Assembly: GCA_038087875.1 (NCBI GenBank)
Contig: JAXLNO010000656.1
Location: 1-64,000, forward strand
Length of the DNA stretch: 64,000 bases
Direction: 5' to 3'
Source of the DNA: Malacoraja senta
Lineage: Eukaryota
The notes under the pieces are model-generated. The model was not told the DNA's origin. It did no database searches and saw nothing but the letters and a program-made list of their open reading frames with translations. A program made the position numbers and the translations under genes. Shown here one piece after another: positions 35,496 to 48,571 of this stretch. Each line of letters begins with the position of its first letter. The stretch's first letter is position 1.

Positions 35496-35959
35496 CCATA
35501 TTAGGCCTACTGACCTTAATTACAACCTTTTATCCCTGTATACTTGTATCTTCTGCATCCTACTCTAGTTATCTTACTGGTCCTCATCATTCAGTTCAGT
35601 AACATTATCTGGATGGTGACTTGAATGATCCTTGGCCAAAGGCAAGCCAGGGTGCGTAGCTAAAACTAATTTTAAATGCTTTTGAATGTATTGACATTTA
35701 ATTATTATTAAAATTGAAGTAAATCTTTTATTTTATATAAAGTTAATAAATTGAAGCACAAATACATTAAAATAAATGTTTTTAATTATTTCTAATTCTA
35801 AAACAAAATGTTTTAAATATATCACCAGCATACCCTATTGAAATTAATGGTGTTTCAGAATCTGCACTGGAGGAGCAGTTATACCATGTCTTGGATGAAA
35901 TTAACAAATTCAAAATGGAGATTTTTGGGGTGTCATGGGGATAATCAATTATAGGAAAG

Positions 35960-36641
35960 AAAAACACAAAATGCTTGAGTAATTTAACGGGTTAGGCAGA
36001 ATGCCTGAAGAACATGGATACGTTTTGGTTTGGAATCCTTCTTCAGACTGGAGTGGGAAAGAAAGCTCAAAGAGAGGTGGGGTAGGACAGAGCATGGTCG
36101 GCAATAGGTGAACACAGGTGTGGGGGTCGGGGTTGATAGGCAGATTGTTGGACAAAGGTCAGGGATGAAGAGTCAGATGTGAGCTGGAAAAGGATAAAGA
36201 GGTGCGAATTATTAAACACGGGGATAGAAAGGTTTGGAATTGTGTTTCCATTGGAAACTGCAGGTGAAGGGGAGAAATTGGTTCATAGTCAGCCAGGGTT
36301 CAGGGGAGGAGAGAGGGATCGAAGAAAGGGGGGCTCTTGGAGGAGAAGAGGCATGGGGAGGGGCGCTGTTGTGGGTTAGTTAATTAAAATGAGAGAATTC
36401 AATGTTCACACCATTGGGTTGTAAGCTACCCGAGCAAAATATGAGGTGCTGTTCCTCCAGTGAGGTCAGAATGGGAATGGGAAGGGGTGTTAAACAACTA
36501 AGAGATCCAGCAGGCCTTGGCAGACCGAGCGCAAGTGTTTGCCAAAGCAGTTACCAAGTACGTTTAGTCTCACCGATGTACAGGGGGCCACATCAGGAAC
36601 ACCAGATGCAATGGATGAGGTTAGAGGAGGTGCATGTGAAT
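35960..36641 (-). mobile_element. Penelope-like element 3' fragment (GIY-YIG endonuclease remnant plus pLTR)
   Basis: The minus strand translates FTCTSSNLIHCIWCS*CGPLYIGETKR and LEEQHLIFCSGSLQPNGVNIEFS, followed by CAGTCTGAAGAAGG...AAACGT. Confidence 0.85.
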
Positions 36642-38274
36642 TATTATATGTGAAACTGTTATAGGAATAAGGTGACGTAGAAGTCAGAGAAACTCAAAGG
36701 GCCAAATGTTGTACAGCTGCTCCCTGTTTTGTTTTGTTGCCTTACAATGCTCATAATGAGAAATAAATAATAGTTTCACAAGGGCAATGCCAGGTCCTGA
36801 AGAAATCCATCATGCACACCAGACTGATGAAGATTACTGACTATTTAAATGTAAAGAGAAGAGAGTCAGCAGATTAAATCAACCCCTTGTCATTTGGTAA
36901 TAATCAGCAGAAGTGTTACGTGAATTATTGAGCAGTGTGTTAATCCATCAAAATCTAAGGGCAAAAATGTTGAAAAATGTGGATGTGCACAAACATTCTT
37001 AGTACTCTTTTGCATAATGTTTGTTCTGTAATACATTAATAAGCCTATTTTTTTGTTCTTTTGGACCTATCTAAACAAATGTTTGGACCTTGTCCAAACA
37101 AATGTTTTCAGAACCTATTTTAAATTGTTTAATCTAGACTCAAAATCACATTTGCAAAATTTGTGCACCGTAATAGGTTCTATTCCATTGTGCCTTCAAA
37201 GTAGCAATGTTAAATAATGTGCATGCTGCCACTTCTATTCATAGAAATGCTCATAAAATGTCATGGCTTTCTCTAATTGTGCTGATGAAGGGCTGCCTAA
37301 AAAGAAGTACGTGGTAGAAAAGCCTTCTCTGAACTGAAAAAAAAGTGCTGCAGGAATCATTGTCAATGTCTGTTCTGGTTTCATCTCATGAGTGGATAAA
37401 TTGATTAACTTCTTAACCTTTAGCTTTTCTTGTTTTCCCTTCGTGGTTTATTCTAGATTGTTTAGTTTATCTGGGTTTTTTTTAAGGGCCATAATGTTTA
37501 GTTAATTGGTGCCTGTCTATCTGTCATATTAAACAAATATTCCTGTTTGCTTTGTTACTGTATTGACCTTACATTAACATTTGAAGCTTTTTTAAAACTT
37601 TTTTTTGTTCGTAAGATATTTAACAATGGAGTGTTTTTAAACAAAGCTCAATTTTAAAAAAAAAGGTGTGCCCATTTATCAGATGTTATCAGGCAGGATC
37701 CCAAGGTTATATGGCTAATGGTTCTGGATAATAATGGTACCATGCAAATTTCTCTTGGACTAGAATATTTGTGCCAATCACTCCTATTCCCTTTGAGCAT
37801 GCATACGGCGTATTTATCAAAGGTTATGAGAAGGACTGTTATTCTCTCAGCTCTCTAGGAAAGACTTGGGGGTACTTGTATCTTTTATAACCACGTGCTC
37901 GGAAATATGTTTTGAGTTCAGATTTAAAGGACAGAATGTGTGATTTGGTGAAACCTAATTCCTTTCTGGTTTAATTTTTCTATTTTGCAAATAGCAAGTT
38001 AATAGAACTAGTCTTTTATTTTTGATGCAGCATTAATTCCTTTGCATGTTTTCTGTATCTAACTAAGGCATGTGTTTACATAATAACTGAAGCAATAGAA
38101 TCATGATTACACTTCCGGAAAATTAATAATAAGAAACAGGATGTACAAGAAATCTAAAACAATAGACCATTAATATGAATAGACTCAAAATTGCATTTTG
38201 CAATACATGGGTTCTATTCAATTGTTTACAACCTAGCTACATTAAATAACTCTGGCACCTACATTAATTGAAAT

Positions 38275-38905
38275 AGAGACATAGAGTCATATAGCAGGAA
38301 ACAGGCCCTTCAGCCTAACAAGCCGACCAACATGCCCTATCTACACTAGTCCCATCTACCTGCATTTGGCCCAAATCTCTCTAAAGCTATCCTATCCATG
38401 TACCTATATAAATATTTCTTAAACATTGTAATAGTACCTGCCTCAACTACCTTCTCCGACAGCTTATTCCATAAACCTACCTGTAAAAAAAAAGTTGCCC
38501 CTAATTAAATCTTACCCCCCTCACTTTAAACCTATGTTCTCAATTTCCCCTACTCTGGGTAAATAACTCTGTACACCTCTATATGATAACCCCTCATCCT
38601 CTTGCATTCCAAAAAGTAAAGTCCTAGCGTGCTCAACCTCTCCCTATATCTCAGGCCCTTGAGTCCTGGCAAATTCCTTGTTAATCTTTTCTGCACCCTT
38701 TCCAACTTAACAACATCGTTCTTATAACAGGGTGACCAAAGCTGAACACAAATGTCTTGTACAGCTGTAACATGACCTCCCACTCTATACTCAATACTCA
38801 ACTCAATACTCTGACTGATGATGATCAATGTGCTGAGAGCTTTCTTGACCACCCTATCTACTTGTGACACCACTTTCAAGGAACTATGTACCTGTACTCC
38901 TTGAT
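38275..38905 (-). mobile_element. CR1 3' fragment
   Basis: ORF 38550-38981(-) VQLWSPCYKNDVVKLERVQKRLTRNLPGL. Confidence 0.83.
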
Positions 38906-40754
38906 CTTGGAAATGTTCATAAACATCTTTGTTTACTCTAGTGGTACTAAATTTGGAATTTGGTACAATTAGATTTGGCACAGCTCTTTTTGATCATCAG
39001 GAATCCTCCCAACAAACATACAATGGTATTTTGGCTTCACTGGCAAGCCTGCTGCTTTCTGTCCTGTTTTTCCACAGTATTTACCAGCAGTTAACCCGGT
39101 GGTGATATTTTCATGATTTAGCTCTTGGACCTCTGTAGCAGCTGCCATTAGGTTCACACTTTTTCCACCAGCATGTTCCGAGGAATATTCCCCAAAAGAG
39201 GTCTGCCCGTTAGTTAGTTGGTGTAGCTTTGCTCTGCACGGGGACCTCTGACCCCATCAACCTTGTCTTGACAGCTGGTTAGGCACTGAGCCTATGGTGG
39301 TGAAATCTATAAGTACTTATACTTTGAAATGGTTACAAGATCAGTGTTACTCTCACTAAGCATTATTCAGTCCTGTTCAAAAATGTTTTAAGATGAGGGT
39401 AGCTTTGGTCTAAAGCCAGAATATTCTAATGTGCCTCCTGTCATTCAGGAGCCTGGGTCTGCTTTTTCATGTTATGGTGACGGTCATACAGCTGTCACTG
39501 ACCAAAATGAATTATCTGGGGTGGTGTTCTCAATAGGAGCTGATGAGGATATTGTCCTCAGTGAAGAAAAGGTACTGGCAGTTATGGGAAGAAATGCTAG
39601 TAGGACACCTGTACCTGTACTGCAGTATGAATGACATGGGCAGCAAATTTAATTACACTCTTGTCTGCGTTAAAAAACTGAACAAGAAATGGTATTGGTC
39701 AGGAGCTGCCCCTGGATATTCATTTGACATGAATGATTTTTTAATCAATTTCCCTGTATTGTTTCCCACATTATGCAGAGCAGTCAATACTGGAAACAGA
39801 AAAATGTTTAGGAACATTGTCGACGATGTGTAATGGGTTAAGTCTGTAATTTTCCTTTGTTGCCCTCCATTCATCTGAAGTGCAAACATAAGAGGAGCCA
39901 AATCATGTGCAGGGGCATCCTACAATATGCACCCAAGCTTAAGCTCTACTCCTTGCATCTTTGCTCGCATGTTGTAAAACCTACTTCACTATCTACTACC
40001 TTTACGTCTTTCAAAGGTGTAAAAAAGCTTTCTTCTCAGCAGTTATTAAAAAAAATGGATGGATAGTGCCCATAAACTTGTCATTACTTTAAGAGCTGAT
40101 GTTTCCCTTCTGCTTCACCAAACACACTTTGATATATTTTGCTGCATCTTTTGAGATTTGGTTATTGGCCAGTTCCTTCATCATTGAAAACGGGATAATG
40201 GCACTTCTTGGGAAGGATACGTTGTAAAGTTCAATTCGTCAGCCAAGAAGTTGTTGTGCATCAGTCAGAATGGTACATGTTTTGCTTTCAGGGTTGGAGT
40301 CCATTATTAAGTTGGGCTAAGTGCCCCCTTGATCCAATTGTAGTTTCATGAAGGTACCATCTGTTAATGCAGATCTGAATCTCTTCCTAAAGCTCATGCC
40401 AATACTTGTTGATGTATTCATTCTGGATTACTGCCTTAATCTCTGAATTGGAAGGTGCTGCATTTAAAAAAATAATATGAGCTAGTTAGCTTTCTTTCTC
40501 TTTCATATGAATGAGAGCAACAGATGGTCATCATGCTGTGAGCCAGCTGGATTATTTCTTGACTTGTTCTTTCAGACAACCTCGGCAATAGCCACTGTCC
40601 TTGACATTTTCTCTAACAAAAATTAGGCAATTTGATCATTTTTTAAAATAAATCTAAATAACACATTGACACAGCATAACTCGAGTATTCTGGTATTTAG
40701 AATATTCTAAATCTTATCTCTTTCACTAAGCCCTATGGTCATCTGATATACTTT

Positions 40755-42595
40755 AGAGTCAGAGTCGTACAATTTAGGATCAGGCCCTTCAATCCGATGT
40801 ATCCATGTCAATCTATATTAATCCCATTTACCTGAATTTATTCCATATTCTTCTATGTCTTACCCATTGAAGTACATGTCCAGGTGCTTCTTAAATGTTG
40901 TTACTGCACTTCATCACCACCTTTGTTAGCATATTCCCGACACCAGCTACTCTTAATGTGAAACGTTTACCCCTTTAAACTTCCTTCCACTCATCTTAAA
41001 CCTATGCCCGTTAGTTATATAAACTCCAACCATATGAAACAGACTCCAGCTGTCTATGCCAATTATAATTTTATATTCTCTATCATGTTGTCACTTAGCC
41101 GCATTTGCTCTAGGAAAAACATACCAGCCTATGTAACATCTCTTCAACTCAATCCCTTCAATCCAAGTAACATTCTTGTGAATCTGATCAGCACCTTCTC
41201 CAGCTGAGTGATTTATTGTAGCAACCAGAACTGCGCACAACATTCTAAGTGCGGCCTAAGCGACACTTTGTATAATTGCAACATGACGTTCCGACTATGG
41301 TACTCAGTGACATCCAATGAATGCAGGCATTCCAAATGCCTTCTTCACCATTCTGCCCATGTTACCATTTTCAGGGAACTATGAACTTGTACCCCTAGGT
41401 GTTTCTGTTCTAAAACACTCTTCAGGGGCCTACACAGTAAATGGTAGGCCTCTGGGTAGTGTTGTAGAGCAGAGGGATCTAGGAGTACAGGTGCATGGTT
41501 CCTTGAAGGTCGAGTTGCACGTGGATAAGGTGGTTAAAAAGGCTTTAGGCACTCTGGCCTTCATCAGTCAGAGTATTGAGTATAGAAGTTGGGAGGTCAT
41601 GTTGCAGTTGAATAAGACATTGGTGAGACCGCATTTTGAATATTGTGTTCTGTTCTGGGCACCATGTTATAGGAAAGATATTGTCAAGCTTGACAAGGTT
41701 CAGAAAAGATTTACGAGGATGGTGCCAGGACTAGAGGGTGTGAGCTATAGGGAGAGGTTGAGTAGGCTGGGTCTCTATTCCATGGAGTGCAGGAGGATGA
41801 GGGGTGATCTTATGGAGGTGTACAAAATCATGTGAGGAATAGATCAGGTAGATGTACAGAGTCTCTTGCCCAAAGTAGGGAAATCGAGGACATAGGTACA
41901 AGGGGAAAAGATTTAATAGGAATCCGAGGGGTAACTTTTTCACACAAAGGGTGGTGGGTGTATGGAACAAGCTGCCAGAGGAGGTAGTTGAGGCTGGGAA
42001 TATCCGATCATTTAAGAAACAGTTAGACATGTACATGGATAGGACAGGTTTGGAGGGATATGGACCAAGCGCAGGCAAGTGGGACTAGTGTAGCTGGAAC
42101 ATTGTTGGCGGTGTGGGTAAGTTGGGCCGAAGGGCGTGTTTCCACACTGTATCACTCAATGACTACTATTAAAATCCATCTGCCATTTCTTTCCCCCTTT
42201 CCTAGTTGACCTAGATCCTGCTGTAAACTTAGACAAACCTCCACTATCCACAAGGTGAATATTGGTGTCAACTGCAAACTTACTAATCATGCCATCTAGA
42301 TTCGTATCCAAATCATGAATGTAGATGACCAACAAAAGGGACCCAACATTGATCCCTGTGGCACACCACTGGTCACAGTTCTCCAATCTGAAAACAATCC
42401 TCCACTGTCACCTGCAGCTTCCTGCCATCAAGCAAATCTTTTATCCAATTGGTCAGCTCATTGTTGATAACATGTGTTCATACTTTCCAGACCAGCCCAC
42501 CATGTGGGACCTTGACAAAAGCCTTGCTAAAGTCCATAAAGGCAGCTCCAACTTTCCTGCCCTCAACAATTTCCTTGGCCACCTCTTTAAAACTC
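40755..42595. mobile_element. Older minus-strand CR1 (40755-41430, 42170-42595) interrupted by a plus-strand CR1 (41430-42165)
   Basis: ORF 41317-41835 VVEQRDLGVQVH...LVRPHFEYC; minus-strand FMDFSKAFVKVPH and ISKFAVDT. Confidence 0.83.
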
Positions 42596-43354
42596 AGTGA
42601 CCCCTCATGGAGCATTAAATCATAAACAAGAGATATTGCATGTATCTTCAAATGGCAACTAGAATTTGTTAACCGCAGTGCTTTGCCAGGCAACACAGTT
42701 TTTACCTAGCTCTGAGTTTGCAGTCACAGCTGCAATGTTTTGACAATTCTGCTAATTGCTCATCCCCAAAGTTAAACTAGTAAAATTGTTTCCCTGTGGC
42801 AGATATGGGCCTTTGATAAGTGCCCATCTACTACTCCTCACCTTTAGCAATTGCCTTTGTACTTGTAACCTTTCTTTGTTCTTCCAGTCATAGTCAAGCC
42901 ACAGGGAAGGCCTCTTGATCCACCCAAACATGGAATCAATTGGTTTGCACAGGAGTCTTAAAGTCAGCAAAAATTCACGCGAGCCCCTGACAAGTTGTTC
43001 CTATTGAAACTTTAACCAACTCAAAGAATTGGATCGAATTGAGAAATCAGAATTGGATAGAATTGGATGGAATGATCACTGCCAGACAGGGGAAAACCCC
43101 CGACTATTCCACAATTTGAGATTACTAAAAGTTTCTCTATTGCCTGATCCATTGTGCAGTTTAATGTTCAATATGATAAAGTTGGGGAGGACCTAGGCTG
43201 GAATGTGGTGCTCAAGGTGGGTTATAGTACCAAATCAATGTGAATGACCTGAAACTGAGTTCAATCTTGCTATCTCTGAACCCAGCTCTTTGCTTGCCCT
43301 ATACCTGAGAATTCTACCAGAGGCAGAAGGCTATAATGCACCAAGAGCACCTAA

Positions 43355-44555
43355 TTATTATTATTTTTATTTTTAATTTTTTATTTTTTTAATTTATTAG
43401 AAGTACATTACATTACAACCAATTACATTAGTACTCGTCACATATATCTTATTACAATTAATGTACTCCGTTTATTTTTTACACTAATAAAGGGAAAGGA
43501 TGAGATTGAGAGAAAGGAGAAAGTGAAGGAAAAAAGTAAAAGTGTAAAAAACGTGACAACAAAAAAGAACAAAGACCCTATAAGAATTTTTTTTTTTTAA
43601 AAGAGTTAAGAAATAGACCCTAAAAAAGAAGAAAAAAGAGAAAGAGGGAAAAGAGAAAAACAAATGCTTTGTTGTAAGCATCACGCAAATGGGACATACC
43701 AACTCTCCAGCTTTCATCCCCCTTACCTGACCTCAGTTTTTTTTAAGTACTTTTGCACCCTATACTTGTAATAATTCTATAAATGCAGACCACGTCAGGT
43801 AGAAGTGATCTGGTTTACCTGCCAGGAGGAGTCTTATCTCTTCTAGGTGTAATGTTTCGAACATATTTGAAATCCACATGTTTATAGTTGATATTGGAGC
43901 GTTTTCCCAGAATTTTAGGATTAACTTTTTTCCAGTTATTAACCCATAGTCTATTAATTTCTTTTGGAACACATTTAGTTCTGGACTATCTTCCGTTGTT
44001 CCGAAGATAATCCATTCTGCTTTGGGTATCAGTTTTATTTTAAATAATTCTGTAAAGATTTCAAAAATTTCAATCCAAAATTTTTGAATTTTTGTACAGA
44101 AAACAAATGAGTGCGCTATAGTAGCTTCTTGAGATTGACATTTATCACAAATGGATGATACATTTGGGAACATTTTATTGATTTTAGTTTTGGAATAATA
44201 TAATCTATGTAAAATTTTAAATTGTATTAAAGTGTGTCTTGCATTAATCGAACATTTATGCACGTTTAATAAATGTTCATTCCACCTTTCCTTTGAGATT
44301 TTAATAGCTAATTCTTGTTCCCAGTCTCTTCTAATACCTTCCGTAGATGGTATTTCTACATTTAAGATAATATTATACAAATATGATATTAAGTTTGCTG
44401 ATTCAGCTTTTATCTGCATTGCTTCATCCAATACATCTGCTGGGCTATTATAATGATCTTTTGTATATTTTTTCAAATAGTCACATATTTGAAAATATTT
44501 AAAATATTGATTATTTCCCAGTTTATATTTTATTTGTAATTGTTGGAATGATAGT
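43355..44555 (-). mobile_element. 5'-truncated L1-clade LINE
   Basis: ORF 43760-44578(-) CSINARHTLIQFKILHRLYYSK...CDKCQSQEATIAHSF; A-rich tail; same family as 51782-52449. Confidence 0.92.
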
Positions 44556-44589
44556 GTGCAAATTGTGGTTTGACACACCTGCCTTCATT

Positions 44590-45108
44590 GGTCAGGGAAC
44601 AGATTACATGTGTTGCAACTGAACAAATTGTCAGCGAGACGCACTTGGAATAATGTGTGCAGTTCTGTTCATCCTGTTATAATAATGATAACATTAAGCT
44701 TGAAAGGATGCAGAAAAGATTCACGAGAATGTTACCAGGACTGGAGGGTTTGAGGTAAAAGGAGAGGCTGGACAGGCTAGGACCATATTCCCTCGAGCTT
44801 GGAGGCTGAGCGGTGACCTTATGGAGGTGTGCAAAATAATGAAAGACATTGGATGGTTACAGTATTTTCTTGGGGTAAGATTTAAAAGGTTCCTGATGGG
44901 CACCGTTTCACTCAGAGGGTGGTGGGATATGAAATGAGCTGTCAGAGGAAGCTAAAGACATGGGTACATTTGGACATGTACATTGGTAGAAAAGGTCCAG
45001 AGGGATATGGGATAAATGCAAGAAATGGGACTAGCTTAGATGGGGCATCGTTGTCAGTCTGGACGATTTAAGCTAAAGGGCCTGTTTCCGTATTCTAAAA
45101 TTCTATGA
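44590..45108 (+). mobile_element. Degenerate CR1 3' fragment
   Basis: GATGCAGAAAAGATTCACGAGAATGTTACCAGGACTGGAGGG and the tail AAAGGGCCTGTTTCCG. Confidence 0.75.
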
Positions 45109-45196
45109 ATTTAAATTGTCTGGTAATTCATTTATCCTTCCTCAAATCCACAAATAAACTAAAATGACATTGTGAAATCTTATGTTTCGGCCAGTA

Positions 45197-45815
45197 TCTA
45201 TACATAACTAAAGCTCTGATCTTGTTATCTTCCGGTTTGCGCGGTCATTCTATTTGCGCAAAAACGATACGTGATAGCGCTACGATTTTTCGCCAGGTTC
45301 ACCGTTCTCCTGTGCTGCGATTGCACCAAGTTTCGTTCCGATCGTTGGTCCAAAGTAAAAGTTAGCGAGGTTTAAAAATCTTAAAAACCAAGCTGCGCAG
45401 ATCGATTTACTCTCCTGCCGTTCAGCCACCAACTCACCCCTCCCCCCGCCCACATAGCCCCCCCTCTCAGGCTCCACAATGCTCGCTGCCCCCCCTCCCT
45501 CCCTCCCCCTCCCCTCCCACCCACACACACCCTGCCAAAACACACCTCCCTCCCCCATACATCCCCCGCTCACACACACCCCCCTCTACCGCCTTCCACA
45601 TCCTCCCTTCCCCCACACCCCGCCCGCACACCTCCCTCCCCCACACACCCCCCCTGCCCACACAACCCCTCCCACACATCCCCTCCCACACATCCTCCCC
45701 AATTCCCACCCCTCCGCCTTCCCACACACACACACACCCTCCCCTCCCCCACACACCCTCTCCCGCCACACACCTTCCACCCACACACCCCTCCCACCCC
45801 ACATTATTTATTAGT
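45197..45815 (+). mobile_element. Possible non-autonomous Helitron-like element with a C/CA-rich low-complexity tract (45430-45800)
   Basis: Begins A|TCTATACATAACTAAA (Helitron-like 5' end) with a CpG-rich body. The 3' end has only TTAG|T and no clear hairpin. Confidence 0.4.
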
Positions 45816-46628
45816 GTTATTTATAAGCAAGCATGTGAGCTGCCAAACACTCAACTTTTGTATCCTGACCCAAGCTGAATTGACTGCAGCAGCATTTGTA
45901 AGTGTAATGCCTCCATTAAATCCATTATGTGCTTGGCAATGTATGATTATGATCTTGTAGGAATAGTGTATCTCTCCTAATGGATCAACATTTTGAGGAA
46001 GTTACGTCTGATAGAATACATTAACCTCAGTGAGCATCATCCTTGCCCAATTATAGCATTCCTGTCTCTGAGTAAAAGGCAGTGGATTTACATCCGATTC
46101 CAGAGAATGGACACACAATCCGATCAGCACCAAATCAGTACAGTAATGGGCAAATTCTGTGCCAGTAATATGCGAAAAGTAAGGATCTCCATCAAGTCTT
46201 TGGTTTGCATAAACAGTGAAGTTTTCAAGAAATGCAGGCCTTTCTATATGACCTAGTCAATATTTAGTTTTGAACAATCATTGAAGACATTTATGTGGTT
46301 GTTATTTGATTATGAATGGTAGGGTTTGCTTTGTCCTAGTTGGTTGTTGTATTTCTAAAGTGATCAGTAATTTCAGAAGCTTTTCTGAAATTCTATGAAT
46401 TTAAATTATCTGGTAATTTCGAGATTATTTATCCTCAAATTGTTGGCTGTGCAGCAATTTTTTAGGTTGCAAGATGACTATTCTAATGCGTAAATTCAGA
46501 CTATTTACCTTCTCTTTAAGTTAACCATCAGGTCACATAACATGTTTTACATTTTGTCCCACAGTTTTCCCAAATAATGATTTTCATCACTGGCATGTTT
46601 CAGTAAGGAGAAATGAATGGGAAGATAT

Positions 46629-46972
46629 AATAATAATTTTATTTATGGGCGCCTTATACCAAAGTCTCAAGGACACCTTACAGAGTTTAACAAGTAAGAA
46701 ACAAATAATCGGAGTAAAATAAATTATAAAGACATCTCCAATACACAAATTAAAGACAGAATTCGATCCAAAGACACACACAAAAAAAATAAATCAGAAA
46801 CACAATGTGAAGAGAGAGCAGCGGCAGCTAAACCGCGCCAGCGTCCACTCTCCCTTCCGACCGCCATCTTGGACACAGACTAAAATAGACACTACATACA
46901 AAAATCATCCCCCCACAATGGTTACCACTGTGGGGGAAGGCACAATGTCCAGTCCCCATCCCCAGTTCTCCC
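46629..46972 (-). mobile_element. Short retroposon with L2-type tail and 7-bp TSD
   Basis: The minus-strand tail is TGTAAGGTGTCCTTGAG...AAGGCGCCCATAAATAAAATTATTATTATT. AAGATAT occurs at 46622-46628 and 46973-46979. Confidence 0.7.
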
Positions 46973-48571
46973 AAGATATGCTAGAAAAGATCCACGATGA
47001 AGAAATATCTCTTTCGGAAGATAGGAGGGAATAGCAGTTCAGGCGGCGTATGTAGAGAGAGAAACAGTTAATGTTTCAGATTACCTTCACGACAGCAAGA
47101 AGCTTGTTGGAGAGTATTGCAGTACTGTGATAGGGAAATGCAGAGAGGTCCTAGGAGACCACACGCAGCTGAAGGCTCCCAGGAAGCCGTGGGCCTTGCG
47201 CAGCCCAACTCAAGACCTGGACCTCAGCCTGTTGAGCCAGTCCCCTTTCAGCAAACAGGAGACCTGGCAGAATGTGGCTTCAGGGAGATGTGTAGGAAGT
47301 AACTGCAGATCCTGGTTTAAACCAAAGATAGACACAAAAAGCTGTAGTAACTCAGCGGGTCTGTGGCTTCAGGGAGAGCCTGCCGAGCTGGTCCCCTGCC
47401 AGATGGCCCCTGCTGGAAATCCAGCCTGGTAAGGGGAGCCCGATGAGCCGGCCCCTGCTCATCCCCTGAAGACCAGGGACCGGGAGGAGGGAGACAGTGA
47501 CAACAACGATGTGTTAGGGGTGAGGCCGGTAGGAGAGGAGAAGGAACCGGGGTCTGGCCTACCTCATGGTCGGCTGCCAGAGGCACCCCTGGGGAACAAA
47601 GGAGAGAGACGAGGCATCCAAGGAAGGGAATGGCCGGAAGCCTAAAACAGCCTTGGGCTTGCCTGGAACAGGCATCACTCATGAGAACTGGAGTGTGGAC
47701 TTTGAAAATGCCATCAAAACATGGCATCTCTTGCATGCAGGCTCAGTTGAGACTATTTCTATACACATGCTAATCAAGGATCGGTTTACGGCAATACTCT
47801 ACTGGACTCTTAAGAAAAAGTTTTACTTTGTTAGCACTTTGCTCATGTGACAATAAAAGCACTATTGAATCGTTGGTTATTACAGTTATTCAGATAGGAA
47901 AGACACGCACTAGAGAAGTTGAATTTTCATAGATGCTTTACAAATTTTTTGATGTTCTACTTATGCTCTAGTTAACTTGTACAAAAGCTGTTTGCAAGAC
48001 TCTGATGTTTCAATTGAAATTCCACTGAAGTTAAAACTGACAAGCAGAGAAATTCATTCCCTTTTATAGCAAAAAATCCAGTTTGAAAAGAGATTGGGTT
48101 GAGGTATTTATAAAGATGCTCAGCTTTGTCTTCCTATCAAGCATCTCCGAATTATAGCATTATTGTAGTTTGTTGCTGAGGTTATCCTCATTTGCTCTAT
48201 CTCAGCAGGTGGCAAGGTATTGTGTCAGAATGAAGCTGGCAACATGAAAAGTCTGGAACTTAATTTAGTCTTATGTTGTCATCCATTGGAACTGGTTCTT
48301 TCATAAAGGCTGCAAAACATTGAGATGCATTGTTTTCTATTAAGAACTTTACTTAGACTTCCGGTGGCGCTATGGAGGCTTGAGTCCAGTGCCAACTAGC
48401 TCCGTGCCAAAGAAACTGAAAACGGGAGAAAATCGGGTCTTACCTGCAGCGATCGCGATCTGAACGGCTGCCTGCCGCGTGACGTCATCAGGCGCGCGAC
48501 TTTGACGGTATGTCGTTACAACGTACCCCCCCCGTGGGACACAAAAAAAACCCGTTAAAGGGAAACCACCG

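Noticed and set aside
38980..40400. Possible ancient minus-strand LINE or host exons in ORFs 39431-40066
   Set aside because: No unambiguous protein motif or splice-consistent HHAT match; too degenerate to call without a profile search.
43340..44570. Target-site duplication around the L1 at 43355-44555
   Set aside because: The flanks GCACCTAATT and GTGCAAATT do not form a convincing direct repeat.
45280..45814. Several Gly-, Pro- or His-rich ORFs
   Set aside because: They are artefacts of a C/CA-rich low-complexity tract.
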